A stretch of 64,000 nucleotides of DNA from the NCBI GenBank assembly GCA_963701965.1, contig OY969695.1:4448001-4512000 (forward strand), written 5' to 3'. Shown here piece after piece: positions 19,635 through 30,729 of the stretch. Made by a program: the position numbers and the translations under genes. The stretch is from an uncultured Gemmatimonadales bacterium. Lineage in GTDB: Bacteria > Gemmatimonadota > Gemmatimonadetes > Gemmatimonadales > Gemmatimonadaceae. The first letter of the stretch is position 1, and the number at the start of each line of letters is the position of its first letter. A model generated the notes under the pieces. It searched no databases. It was given only the letters and a program-made list of their open reading frames with translations, and was not told the DNA's origin.

Positions 19635-21087
19635 TCATCCGCATCGCCGTGGCGCCGCCTCTGACGTCGAACACCAGACGACGCCAGACTTGATGACGGT
19701 CTTCCCGCCCAGCAGGTTCGTCGGTTGGTCGAGTGGACTGCGGTCGAACAGGATCAGATCGGCGCGTTTCCCGACCTCGACGGCGCCCGCGGCGGATGCT
19801 TGGCCGACCTCCTCGGCGCCATTGAGGGTCGCGATCGTGAAGACCGCGGTCATCGGGATCCCAGCGTCGTGTAGCAGCAGCATCTCGGAGAGGGCCGCCT
19901 TGCCCGGATCCGGGGTATCCGTGCCAAGGTTGAGCCGCACGCCGGCCGCATGGAACCGGCGCACGTAACTCGCCATGATCCGATACCCCTCGACCGCGCG
20001 ACGCCGCTGGGCGTCATCGAAGCCCGAGACGTTCTCGAACCGGGAACGGATTGCCGACTGAAAGTACGTGAGACCGAGACGCTGGGCCTCGAGATGCAGC
20101 GTCGGTGTCAAGCTCGCATGGAGCGCGCGAAACCGGTCGATCAAAGCGATGACGCAGGGGTTCTCCGGTCCCAGATAGCGCCAGTACGCGGGATCGATGA
20201 GAAAGCCGATGCCCGGTCGCGTCCACCACGGCGGATCTCCGTGGACGCCCATCAGGTCGGGAAGCTGACGTTCAACGGCATCGTTTTCCGCGGCGCTCAG
20301 GACGGAGGGGGGAATCGTGATGATGTGCTCGAATCGCCGGAGGCCCAGATCGAGCGCCTCACCGACGCTCACGGTCCCATCGCCAACGTGCCCATCGGGA
20401 TGCATCCCGAGCGCGAGCGCGGTCGCGAGCGCCCCGTCGAACGCCGGTCGCTCGAGGCGCCAATAGAGCTTGATGTCGCGAATGCCCAGCGAGTAGTACC
20501 GGCGGACCTGAGCGGCAGCCGCCGCGGAGTCGGCGAGCGCGATCTGAAACAGCGGAGGAACGCGACCTGGCTCCGGTGATATGAGCTGCGCGCCGACCGG
20601 ATAGAAATCCGGCGCGTCCGCGGAGCGCCGCATCCACGCCAGGAGCATCGGCATATCGCGCTCTTCACTGCCGGCGTCACGCACGCTGGTAACACCGTAG
20701 GGCAGGTAGGTCGCGGCGTATCGCCGCCGATACGCGGCGATCGAATCCGGAGCCATCACGAGAATGCGTGATGTAGCCGTTCGTCGGCGTCACCGAGTCG
20801 CCCAGAACCATCCCCGAGTGGCTGTGCACGTCGAACAAGCCGGGAGTCAAGACGCGTCCCGCACCCGCGATCGCGCGACGGGCGATGATCCCGCTATCCG
20901 TTCCGGCCGGGAGAATCGCCCCAATCACTCCGTCGGCGATCAGCACCGTGCGGTGCGGCAGCAGTCGTCCGGACCGGACATCGAGAACGGTCACGTCGCG
21001 GATCGCGAGATCGACCCGCCGTGTCGGTCCCGGCTGCGCGGCGATCACCGCGCAGAGCACGATCGCTCTTAGGACGCGACCTATCAT
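19635..21087 (-). CDS. Amidohydrolase family protein; apparent 1-nt insertion at ~20763
   Basis: 'PGLFDVHSH' HxH, 'GVTSVRDAG', 'LNLGTD', 'GAVEVGKRADLILFDRSP'; frames join at YITH/LVMAPD. Confidence 0.85.
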
Positions 21088-21148
21088 AGCAACCGACGGT
21101 GACACGAAGTACCGCGATTGGCAAGACGCGAACGAAGATCCGGGATGC

Positions 21149-21187
21149 AAAAATCGCGGTCGAGCCCACCATGGGGCTCGACCGCGA
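21149..21187 (-). terminator. Intrinsic terminator of groESL
   Basis: 14-bp perfect stem TCGCGGTCGAGCCC/GGGCTCGACCGCGA, 6-nt loop, T5 on minus strand, just past the groEL stop. Confidence 0.85.
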
Positions 21188-21210
21188 CGCGGAGCAGAAC
21201 GTTCAGCCGG

Positions 21211-23228
<2,018 letters not shown>

Positions 23229-23236
<8 letters not shown>

Positions 23237-23265
23237 TGATTTGTCCTAGACATAGATTTGACAGA
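23229..23265. promoter_or_regulatory. Palindromic operator-like element over the back-to-back -35 boxes
   Basis: TCTGTCAA-N21-TTGACAGA with inner TGTC-cta-GACA; GACA cores 11 bp apart on each strand. Confidence 0.6.
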
Positions 23266-23286
23266 CGGGTCCATGTATCGTATCCT
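23258..23286 (+). promoter_or_regulatory. sigma70-type promoter for the divergent two-gene operon
   Basis: TTGACA-N17-TATCCT. Confidence 0.72.
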
Positions 23287-23329
23287 TGAGGGGTCAGATC
23301 GCCCCATCGGCCCTCGTCAGGAGCGTTTT

Positions 23330-23617
23330 ATGGAAGCCCCTCTGCGCGAAATCACGTTCAGCCAGACACACCGACGCACGCACAAGCGTCGGAGCGTCGT
23401 CGTGTCCCAGTTCGATGATGCGCAGCCGCACGTGCTGCCCGCCGGCCTGGCGTGGCACTACACGGTGCAGACTGGCAGTGACGGACCGTGGTCGGCTTCG
23501 TATCGCGTCAAGATCGCGCTCGATGCGTCGGATGATGATGTGATCCGGACGGTGGTCCGCGATCTCGCGAGCCTGGGCTGGGACCGCGATCCGGCCGTTG
23601 CGTCGGTCGCCCAGTGA
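23330..23617 (+). CDS. Hypothetical protein (95 aa)
   Basis: AGGAG RBS, own promoter, GTGA overlap with next ORF. Confidence 0.65.
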   Translation: MEAPLREITFSQTHRRTHKRRSVVVSQFDDAQPHVLPAGLAWHYTVQTGSDGPWSASYRVKIALDASDDDVIRTVVRDLASLGWDRDPAVASVAQ

Positions 23618-23880
23618 CGCCTGTTCGGGAGTTCGACTTCGAGGAAGACGCGCGCCGGTATACGTGCCGCATCGAGCGTCGGAACGCGATGGCGGAAGCG
23701 TGGTGGTGGTTTGGGGTGTCAGGCGATAAGCAGCGGTATGCGCCGTTTCGGGCGGTCGCTGGCGATACGCAATACGCGATTCAGTCGCGGATCTCGCTGT
23801 ACTACCGCGAGCTCATGGCCCGCCGCGCGATGCCGGCGGTCCCGTGGCACCGGCGCGGTCGGCCGGCTAGTCAGACCTAG
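23614..23880 (+). CDS. Hypothetical protein, paralog of 27796-28161
   Basis: Shares 'EAWWWFGVSGD.QRYAPFRA' and 'ARRAMPAVP' with 27796-28161. Confidence 0.8.
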   Translation: MTPVREFDFEEDARRYTCRIERRNAMAEAWWWFGVSGDKQRYAPFRAVAGDTQYAIQSRISLYYRELMARRAMPAVPWHRRGRPASQT

Positions 23881-23890
23881 TTCGGCCGAG

Positions 23891-24880
23891 TCAGGGGGTC
23901 AGGTGGATCATGTCTGACACCGATTGGCCGGCGACACGGAGCGCCAGTCGCAAGTCGGTGAGGTTCTCGATCACTTTGACCCCCGCTCCTCTCAGCTCCG
24001 AGGCGATCGTGAGCGCGCCGGCTCCGCCGACGAGCAGCGGCACACGGGCCGCGAGTTGGACACGCAACGCCCGTAGTTCCTGAATCAACTGGTCGTGGCC
24101 GCCCGTGCCCGGCACGGTGACGCTCACCGCCCGGGCCGACGTGCTGGCGGCGGCCACGGCAATCTCGCTCACGGGTACGCCCGGCCCGAGATACGTCACC
24201 CGCCAGCTTTCAATGGCGGCCACCGCGGTCGCCATCACGGCCTCGATCTCGTGGCGGTCGCCCACGGGCGTCGCCACGAGCAAGTTCGGGGCGTCGCCCG
24301 AGACGATGAGGATGGGCACGATCCCTTCGATGACCCGGCGCAGGGCGACGAGCGCCAGGTGCTCGGCGCCCGGGGCGAGCTGCCCGGCGTCGCGTTCGTC
24401 GCCGATCTGGCGCAGCAGCGGTGTGGCCACGCTCTCGAGGAAGGTGCCCGCGCCAACCAGGGCGGCGGATCGCCTCAGCACGCGTTCCAGTCCGGACGCG
24501 TCGAGCGCACGCGCGCGGGCGCGCGCCGCGGCGACGTCATCGGCGGTCGCACCAGTCAGGCGCGCGCCCCGCGCTCCACCGTCGGTGTCGAGTCGCCGGC
24601 GCGCTTCCTCATCATCGCGCACCAGGCGCGTCAATTCCTTCGTGGGCAGCCTGGCAACCTGTGAAATACCGCGGCCGGCGGCAGTCGCCAACGCCATGAG
24701 CCGCAGGCGCTCGATGTCGGCGTCAGAGTACAGCCGCCGGCCACCCTCGGCCCGCACGGGCTCGATGGCGCGATAGCGCCGCTCCCAGACTCGAAGCACA
24801 TGCGGTGTCAGGCCGGTCCGCTCCGCGGCCACACCAATGGGATGATGATCGAGCTCCAGATCTCCATCGCTGTCTATCAT
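23891..24880 (-). CDS. MerR-HTH + cobalamin-binding-type regulator (CarH/LitR-like) with atypical B12 motif
   Basis: 'IGVAAERTGLTPHVLRVWERRY..GGRRLYSDADIERL' MerR HTH; 'IGDERDAGQLAPGAEH' helical cap; 'ATPVGDRHEIE..WRVTYLGPGVP..LLVGG' Rossmann B12-binding-like domain. Confidence 0.88.
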   Translation of the reverse strand: MIDSDGDLELDHHPIGVAAERTGLTPHVLRVWERRYRAIEPVRAEGGRRLYSDADIERLRLMALATAAGRGISQVARLPTKELTRLVRDDEEARRRLDTDGGARGARLTGATADDVAAARARARALDASGLERVLRRSAALVGAGTFLESVATPLLRQIGDERDAGQLAPGAEHLALVALRRVIEGIVPILIVSGDAPNLLVATPVGDRHEIEAVMATAVAAIESWRVTYLGPGVPVSEIAVAAASTSARAVSVTVPGTGGHDQLIQELRALRVQLAARVPLLVGGAGALTIASELRGAGVKVIENLTDLRLALRVAGQSVSDMIHLTP

Positions 24881-24915
24881 GTGTCAATGGTATAACATTG
24901 ACATAGGCTAGTCAA
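24871..24915 (-). promoter_or_regulatory. Promoter of the regulator (probably leaderless) overlapped by operator-like repeats
   Basis: TTGACT-N17-TACCAT-N6-ATG; perfect inverted repeat TGTCAATG-N6-CATTGACA (24882-24903); TTGACA and TAGACA 11 bp apart on minus strand. Confidence 0.7.
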
Positions 24916-24957
24916 CGCGGTATGCAGAGCGGCTAGTCGCGCCAATGCGCTACCCGA

Positions 24958-25641
24958 TCAGGGCGCCTCCGTGGGAGCCGCCGTTCCGTCCGACCAACTG
25001 GAGACCGAGATGACGAACGTGGTAATGGGATCGGGGGAGTCTTGGTGTATGTACACCGGAGATCCCGGGAGCCCGGCGCCCCACTCCATATGGTCCTTTT
25101 CCGGGAACCAGAACATCACATGCGGATCCGCATTGCCGTGGGCGCGACCGAAGTACTGCTGCTTGGAGAGCATGTAGCACATGGAGCCGGGATCCGGGAG
25201 CGGCAACGCCTTCGTGTCGTACGCCGTCTCGAGACTATCGAACATCTGCTGCTTGGAGAGGCCCGCGAATGCCAATGCGGTCGCCCGGATCGTCAGCGGC
25301 AGATGCGATCGCGCCGCCGGAGGATTGAGGCAGAGGGGTAGCCGCACCTTCGTGTGGAGAAACTCGGGGTCGTCGAAAGGGAGCATCCACGATCGTTCCA
25401 CGACACAGGCGAAGCCGTTCGTACCTTTGACCGCCGTCTCATAGCCCCGGGATCCGAGGACCAGGACATCCGCGTTCCGCGAGATGGACGGTGGGGCGGC
25501 GCTCCGCGCCAGGGCAATCTCCGCGTTGCGCTCCATCAGGTACTGATCGCGCGGAGCCGCGTGCGCCAGCAGCGGCTCGGAGCGCTGGGCCCGCGCCGCT
25601 CCTGCGGCCGCCAACACCAACGCCAACGTGAGGGTTCGCAT
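24958..25641 (-). CDS. Hypothetical secreted protein
   Basis: Signal peptide MRTLTLALVLAAAGAARA-Q; AGGAG RBS; 'EIALARSAAPPSIS', 'GTNGFACVVERSW', 'PHVMF'. Confidence 0.75.
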   Translation of the reverse strand: MRTLTLALVLAAAGAARAQRSEPLLAHAAPRDQYLMERNAEIALARSAAPPSISRNADVLVLGSRGYETAVKGTNGFACVVERSWMLPFDDPEFLHTKVRLPLCLNPPAARSHLPLTIRATALAFAGLSKQQMFDSLETAYDTKALPLPDPGSMCYMLSKQQYFGRAHGNADPHVMFWFPEKDHMEWGAGLPGSPVYIHQDSPDPITTFVISVSSWSDGTAAPTEAP

Positions 25642-25694
25642 GGCGATTCTCCTGACCGTATGCCGGGTTGTTTGGGGTTCGCGCTCGACGACGC

Positions 25695-25718
25695 TTGCAG
25701 TATGCAACCGGTTGCATA
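25695..25718. promoter_or_regulatory. Palindrome / candidate HxlR operator
   Basis: Perfect 18-bp palindrome TATGCAACCGGTTGCATA (25701-25718) overlapping TTGC-N5-GCAA (25695-25707). Confidence 0.55.
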
Positions 25719-25770
25719 GTGAGGCAAGAGGCAACGCCCAAGGGTCGAGTGTTTGGCCTGCGGGCCCGAG

Positions 25771-26289
25771 TCAGCGCCGACGTGCCGCGCGCTGACTGGC
25801 GACCGTCTTCTCGTACGCGGCTTGGAGCTCGGCGAAAACCGAACGTCGTGGCGCGGGCGCGCCAAGATGGATGCCGCGCAGCTCGACCATGAAGGCGTCC
25901 CACATGCGTGGTCCGCCCTCCTCGAGGAGTTGCGCCCGTATCGCCAGTGCCTCGCTGACCGGCGCGTGTCGTCGTCCCCACGCGCCCATGTGGGCCAAGA
26001 GCGGCACAAGCTGAATGGCCGGCTCCGTCAAGCTGTAAATCGCCCTCTGCTTGTGCGCGGGATCGTCGCGCCGCGACAGGAGCCGGGCGGCCCCGAGGCG
26101 CTTGAGCCGATCGGCCAGGATATTGGACGCAATCCCTTCTTCTGATTGCGTGAGCAGCTCGCGGTAGTGCCGGCGATTGCCGAACATGATGTCGCGAATG
26201 ACGATCAAGCTCCAGCGGTCGCCCAGAATCTCGAGCGTGAGATTGATCGGACACCCGGAGCGACCCGCAAAAACGCCTTTATGTTCCAT
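25771..26289 (-). CDS. HxlR-family winged-helix transcriptional regulator
   Basis: 'RSGCPINLTLEILGDRWSLIVIRD', 'EGIASNILADRLKRL', 'YSLTE'. Confidence 0.9.
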   Translation of the reverse strand: MEHKGVFAGRSGCPINLTLEILGDRWSLIVIRDIMFGNRRHYRELLTQSEEGIASNILADRLKRLGAARLLSRRDDPAHKQRAIYSLTEPAIQLVPLLAHMGAWGRRHAPVSEALAIRAQLLEEGGPRMWDAFMVELRGIHLGAPAPRRSVFAELQAAYEKTVASQRAARRR

Positions 26290-26305
26290 CCAGCGGAAGA
26301 TTATC

Positions 26306-26334
26306 CATACCAGTTGCAACCCGCAATCGGTATG
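26306..26334. promoter_or_regulatory. Inverted repeat upstream of the HxlR gene (candidate autoregulatory operator)
   Basis: CATACCAGTTGC-N5-GCAATCGGTATG (10/12 symmetric), core TTGC-N5-GCAA. Confidence 0.6.
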
Positions 26335-26446
26335 ATAGCGTGCGGCCGCCACCATCAGACTCGGAGCCGCCCGGTTCGCCGCACGGTATGCACGTCTTGT
26401 CGCTTCGCGCGTGCGCCGCGGTCACTGGCTCCGTATGCTAGGCGCC

Positions 26447-27655
26447 ATGACGACCCTGGCGATGCCGGAGACGGAACGCCACGGAGCGAATACCGGGCCG
26501 ATCGCGTCGACGCGCCAACGCCTCGACTCGGTCGATCTCCTCCGTGGCCTGATGATGATAGTCATGGCGCTGGATCACACGCGCGATTTCTTCGGGATGG
26601 CCGTCGACCCTACCGATATCGCGCACACGACGGTCCCGCTCTTCTTGACGCGTTGGGTCACGCATTTCTGCGCGCCAGTGTTCTTTCTGCTCACCGGGGT
26701 CGGCGCCGCGCTCTCGCTCCGTCGCCAATCCAAACGCGAGCTGTCGCGATTTCTGCTCACGCGTGGTCTGTGGTTGATCGTCCTCGAGCTCACGCTGTTC
26801 CGGTGCCTCGGGTTCCAGTTCAACTTCGACTACCAGATGACGTTGCTGAACGTGCTGTGGCCACTCGGCTGGTCGATGGTCCTGCTGTCGGCCCTCGTCT
26901 ATCTCCCGACCTCAGCGGTCACGGCCATCGGTCTCGTGATGATCGCCGGCCACAATGCGCTCGACTCGATCCACTCGTCGAATCCGCTGTGGACCCTGTT
27001 GCACTCCCCGGGTTTTCTCATCAAGACGCCCCACCACGCGGTGTTCGTCCTCTACGTGCTGATTCCCTGGGTCGGTGTCACCGCTGTGGGCTACGGTCTG
27101 GGCCACGTGTTCGCGTGGCCGGCGCCCCGGCGGCGATCCTTTCTTCTGGGCGCCGGTCTCTCCCTGACGGCCGCCTTCGTCGTCCTCCGGGTAATCCAGC
27201 AGTATGGCGATCCGTCACCGTGGACACCGCAGCCATCGGCGGCCTTCACGCTGCTCTCGTTCCTGAACACCAACAAATACCCACCGTCGCTGCTCTACCT
27301 GCTGATGACCCTCGGCCCCGCGCTCGTGCTTCTGTGGGCCTTCGACGGCCGCACGCCCCGTGTGTTGCGCCCCGCGCTGACCTTCGGCCGGGTCCCATTG
27401 TTCTATTATCTGCTGCACGTGCCGCTGATTCATCTCCTGGCCATCCTCGCGTGCTACGCGCGGTACGGCCAGGTGCACTGGATGTTCGAGGCCAGCACCG
27501 ACAATTATCCCATCGCCACGCCGCCGGGCTGGGGATACTCTCTGCCGATCATCTACGCGATCTGGGCGTTGGTCATCGCGGCGCTCTATCCGCTGTGCCG
27601 GTGGTTCGCCGGAGTGAAGCAACGCCGCAACGACCCTTGGCTCAGCTATCTCTGA
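26447..27655 (+). CDS. DUF1624 / heparan-alpha-glucosaminide N-acetyltransferase-like membrane protein
   Basis: 'RLDSVDLLRGLMMIVMALDHTRDF', 'TRWVTHFCAPVFF', 'NKYPPSLLYLLMTLGP'. Confidence 0.88.
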   Translation: MTTLAMPETERHGANTGPIASTRQRLDSVDLLRGLMMIVMALDHTRDFFGMAVDPTDIAHTTVPLFLTRWVTHFCAPVFFLLTGVGAALSLRRQSKRELSRFLLTRGLWLIVLELTLFRCLGFQFNFDYQMTLLNVLWPLGWSMVLLSALVYLPTSAVTAIGLVMIAGHNALDSIHSSNPLWTLLHSPGFLIKTPHHAVFVLYVLIPWVGVTAVGYGLGHVFAWPAPRRRSFLLGAGLSLTAAFVVLRVIQQYGDPSPWTPQPSAAFTLLSFLNTNKYPPSLLYLLMTLGPALVLLWAFDGRTPRVLRPALTFGRVPLFYYLLHVPLIHLLAILACYARYGQVHWMFEASTDNYPIATPPGWGYSLPIIYAIWALVIAALYPLCRWFAGVKQRRNDPWLSYL

Positions 27656-27795
27656 GCGGGCGCGGTACGGCGTGATCGAAGGCGCGGCCGCGCACGTTGG
27701 CGCCGCCGCGGCGCAATGAACGTGCGGCGAGTTGGCGGATCGGGCGACATCAGGCGATATTTCTGGGGCAAGTCTCACCCAGGCAGAGGATCGCG

Positions 27796-28161
27796 ATGCT
27801 CGTTCGAGAGCTTGATTTCGAGGAAGGCGGCCGCAAGTACACCTGTCGTCTGGAGAAGGGACGGGCCGGGCGGCCTGAAGCCTGGTGGTGGTTTGGGGTG
27901 TCGGGCGATGCGCAGCGCTATGCGCCGTTCCGGGCCGAGACGAGTGATACGAAGGATGCGATTCGCTTGCGCATCACGGCATACTACGGCGACCTCCTGG
28001 CGCGCCGCGCCATGCCCGCCGTGCCGCGCTACCAGCGCGGTCCTCGCCCCGCGAGCCCCGCGCCGCTCAACGGCGCCAGCGTGGTCGAGGCGCCCAGTGG
28101 CGACGTGATCGCCGAGGTTGGCGAAGAGGGCGTCGTCGAGACGGGCTCCGGCCAGGACTGA
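27796..28161 (+). CDS. Hypothetical protein, paralog of 23614-23880 with an acidic tail
   Basis: GAGGA RBS; shared WWWFGVSGD motif. Confidence 0.8.
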   Translation: MLVRELDFEEGGRKYTCRLEKGRAGRPEAWWWFGVSGDAQRYAPFRAETSDTKDAIRLRITAYYGDLLARRAMPAVPRYQRGPRPASPAPLNGASVVEAPSGDVIAEVGEEGVVETGSGQD

Positions 28162-28185
28162 GCCCCACGCCGGCTCCATACTAGC

Positions 28186-28602
28186 ATGGTGTCGGCGCTT
28201 TTCGTCGCGTTCTGCCTCGGCCTCGTGGCCGGGCTCCGGTCGCTCATGGCGCCCGCGGTCTTGCTGCTCGCCCGCCACGTCCGGGTGGCGGGCGCCATCC
28301 TCGCCGTGCTCGCCGCGGCTGAGCTGATCGCCGATACGTCGCCCATGACGCCGGCGCGTACCGCGCCCGGGCCGTTGGTCGCGCGCATCTTGAGCGGCGC
28401 GTTCTGCGGCTGGTTCGTGGTCTCGGGATCGATCGGCATCCAAGTCGCGGGCGTCGTCGCCGGCGTGCTCGGCGCCCTCGTCGGCACGTATGGCGGTTAC
28501 GTCGCCCGCCTCGCCGCGATCGAACGGATCGGTGCCATCCCCGCGGCGCTGGCCGAGGATATCGTCGCGATCGGTCTCGCGCTGTTTGCCGTGACGCACT
28601 GA
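28186..28602 (+). CDS. Small membrane protein (DUF4126-like)
   Basis: 'GLVAGLRSLMAPA', 'ELIADTSPMTPARTAPGPL', 'ALAEDIVAI'. Confidence 0.7.
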   Translation: MVSALFVAFCLGLVAGLRSLMAPAVLLLARHVRVAGAILAVLAAAELIADTSPMTPARTAPGPLVARILSGAFCGWFVVSGSIGIQVAGVVAGVLGALVGTYGGYVARLAAIERIGAIPAALAEDIVAIGLALFAVTH

Positions 28603-28617
28603 CCGTCAAATAGGATC

Positions 28618-30729
28618 ATGACGCCACTGGCTTTGCTGGTCGCGTTTGCGATGCTCACGGCGCCCGACTCGGACCTCGCGCGCTCCGTCACGATCTACCG
28701 CGATGCCTGGGGCGTGCCGCACGTCTTCGGCGCGACCAACGCCAGCACGGCGTTCGGACTTGGGTACGCGCAGGCCGAAGACAATTTTCTCCGCATCGAA
28801 GCGAACTATATCGCGGCCCTGGGCCGGAACGCCGAGGTGTTCGGGGAGCCATACGTCGAGGAAGATCGCCTCACGCGGACGCTCGACATCCCCGCGCTGG
28901 CGCGCGCGGAATACGGTCGATTGGATGCGGAGATGCGCGCGATCTGCGACGGATTCGCGGCTGGCGTGAACTACTATCTGGCGCGCCATCCCGAAACCCA
29001 CCCGCGGCTCCTGGCCCACGTCGAGCCGTGGTACGCGCTCGCGTTTATACGGTACAACTACTACGTGGCCGGATTCGTGCGCGACCGGAAGTTGGGCGTG
29101 CCATTCCCGATCGCCGCGGGCTATTTCGATCATTTCACGCCGACGGCCAACGGATCGAACGGCTGGGTGATCGGACCGTCCAAGAGCGCGACGGGTCACG
29201 CGATGTTGCTCATCAACCCGCATCTGCCGTACTTCGGCATCGGGCAGGTGTACGAGGCGCACATCCATAGTGACGCCGGATGGGAATTCACCGGCTACAC
29301 CCGGTTCGGATTTCCACTCCTCTACGTCGGACATAACGCCGACGTCGGTTGGGTGAGCACGGACAACGCCGCGGACGTCGACAATGGGTATGTGGAACAC
29401 TTCAACGATCCCGTCCATCCGCTGGCCTACCGGTACGGCACGGGCTATCGCACGGCCACACTGCGCACCGAGGAAATCCGGGTGCGCACCGCGAGCGGTA
29501 TGGCCGTGCGCTCGATCCGCGTGCTCACGACCCACCACGGACCCGTCGTCGCGTCCCTCAACGGCAACCCGGTCGCCGTTCGCCTGGCCAAGCTCGACGC
29601 CGATGGCTGGCTGCGCGAGTGGTACGACATGTCACGCGCGCACTCGGTCGCTGAGCTCAAGCGCGCCATGGCGCCGCTCAACATGCTGTTCGGGAACGTG
29701 ATGGCGGCCGATCGCGGCGGGAATACGTGGTACCTCTATAACGGTGCGGTGCCGCAGCGCGACACCCAGTTCGACTGGACGCATCCGGTCGATGGCAGCG
29801 ACCCGCGGACGGAATGGCACGGCTTTCATCCCATCGACGCGTTGCCCCAGCTCACGAATCCCGCGACCGGTTGGATGCAGAACTGCAACTCCGCGCCATT
29901 TCTCCTGACCAGCGCGGGAAACCCCGACCCGGCGCGGTTTCCGTCCTACATGGTGCGCGAGGGTCCATCGGGGGACAACCCGCGCGCCCACGTCTCGCGC
30001 GTAATCCTCGGCTCCACGGCGCGCTTCACGTTCGACGAATGGGAACGCGCCGCCTTCGATGCCCACGTCATCACGGCGGACAGTCTCGTCCCGCTCTTGA
30101 TCGCCGATGTCCGGCGCGCTGGTGACGCGCGGTTGGACAGCGCGGTCGCGCTGCTCCAGGGTTGGGATCATCGGGCCACGACGACGTCGGTCGCCATGAC
30201 GATCTACAGCACGTGGCACCAGCTCGCGCGAACCAGCGCGCCGGCCGCCGCCCTCGGCGCCGCGCTCGACACGCTGTCGCGTGCGTTCGGGCACTGGGCA
30301 GTCGCGTGGGGCGATGCGAACCGGCTTGCCCGTCCCGACGACCGCGAGGCGCCGCCGTTCGACGGTCCGCCGTTCAGCGACACCACGTCCAGCATCGCCG
30401 TCCCCGGCGCCAACGGGTACGACGGCGTCGTGCTCACCATCAACCCGGCCGGCCGTGGCGCCCGCCACTATGCCGTCCACGGCGCCACCTACGTGTCCGT
30501 CGTCGAATTCGGCCCGACGGTGCGCGCCGAGTCCGTGCACATCTTCGGCGCCAGCGGCGATCCCCGGAGCCCGCACTACTTCGACCAGGCCGCGATGATC
30601 GCCCGCGGCGAGATGAAACCCGTGTGGTTCACCCGGGCCGAGGTCGAGGCGCATGCCGCGGCTCGATATCATCCCGGAGCGGAACGCTCGGCCGCGACGC
30701 CCGGACCGCCCACTCCGCCGACACGGTAA
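28618..30729 (+). CDS. Penicillin acylase family Ntn-hydrolase (peptidase S45)
   Basis: 'IYRDAWGVPHV', 'GLGYAQAEDN', beta-chain start 'SNGWVIGPSKS', 'NPHLP', 'SPHYFDQA'. Confidence 0.92.
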   Translation: MTPLALLVAFAMLTAPDSDLARSVTIYRDAWGVPHVFGATNASTAFGLGYAQAEDNFLRIEANYIAALGRNAEVFGEPYVEEDRLTRTLDIPALARAEYGRLDAEMRAICDGFAAGVNYYLARHPETHPRLLAHVEPWYALAFIRYNYYVAGFVRDRKLGVPFPIAAGYFDHFTPTANGSNGWVIGPSKSATGHAMLLINPHLPYFGIGQVYEAHIHSDAGWEFTGYTRFGFPLLYVGHNADVGWVSTDNAADVDNGYVEHFNDPVHPLAYRYGTGYRTATLRTEEIRVRTASGMAVRSIRVLTTHHGPVVASLNGNPVAVRLAKLDADGWLREWYDMSRAHSVAELKRAMAPLNMLFGNVMAADRGGNTWYLYNGAVPQRDTQFDWTHPVDGSDPRTEWHGFHPIDALPQLTNPATGWMQNCNSAPFLLTSAGNPDPARFPSYMVREGPSGDNPRAHVSRVILGSTARFTFDEWERAAFDAHVITADSLVPLLIADVRRAGDARLDSAVALLQGWDHRATTTSVAMTIYSTWHQLARTSAPAAALGAALDTLSRAFGHWAVAWGDANRLARPDDREAPPFDGPPFSDTTSSIAVPGANGYDGVVLTINPAGRGARHYAVHGATYVSVVEFGPTVRAESVHIFGASGDPRSPHYFDQAAMIARGEMKPVWFTRAEVEAHAAARYHPGAERSAATPGPPTPPTR

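Noticed and set aside
27685..27730. GC-rich hairpin after the DUF1624 gene as an ncRNA
   Set aside because: Short imperfect stems in very GC-rich DNA with no U-tract or recognisable motif; expected by chance
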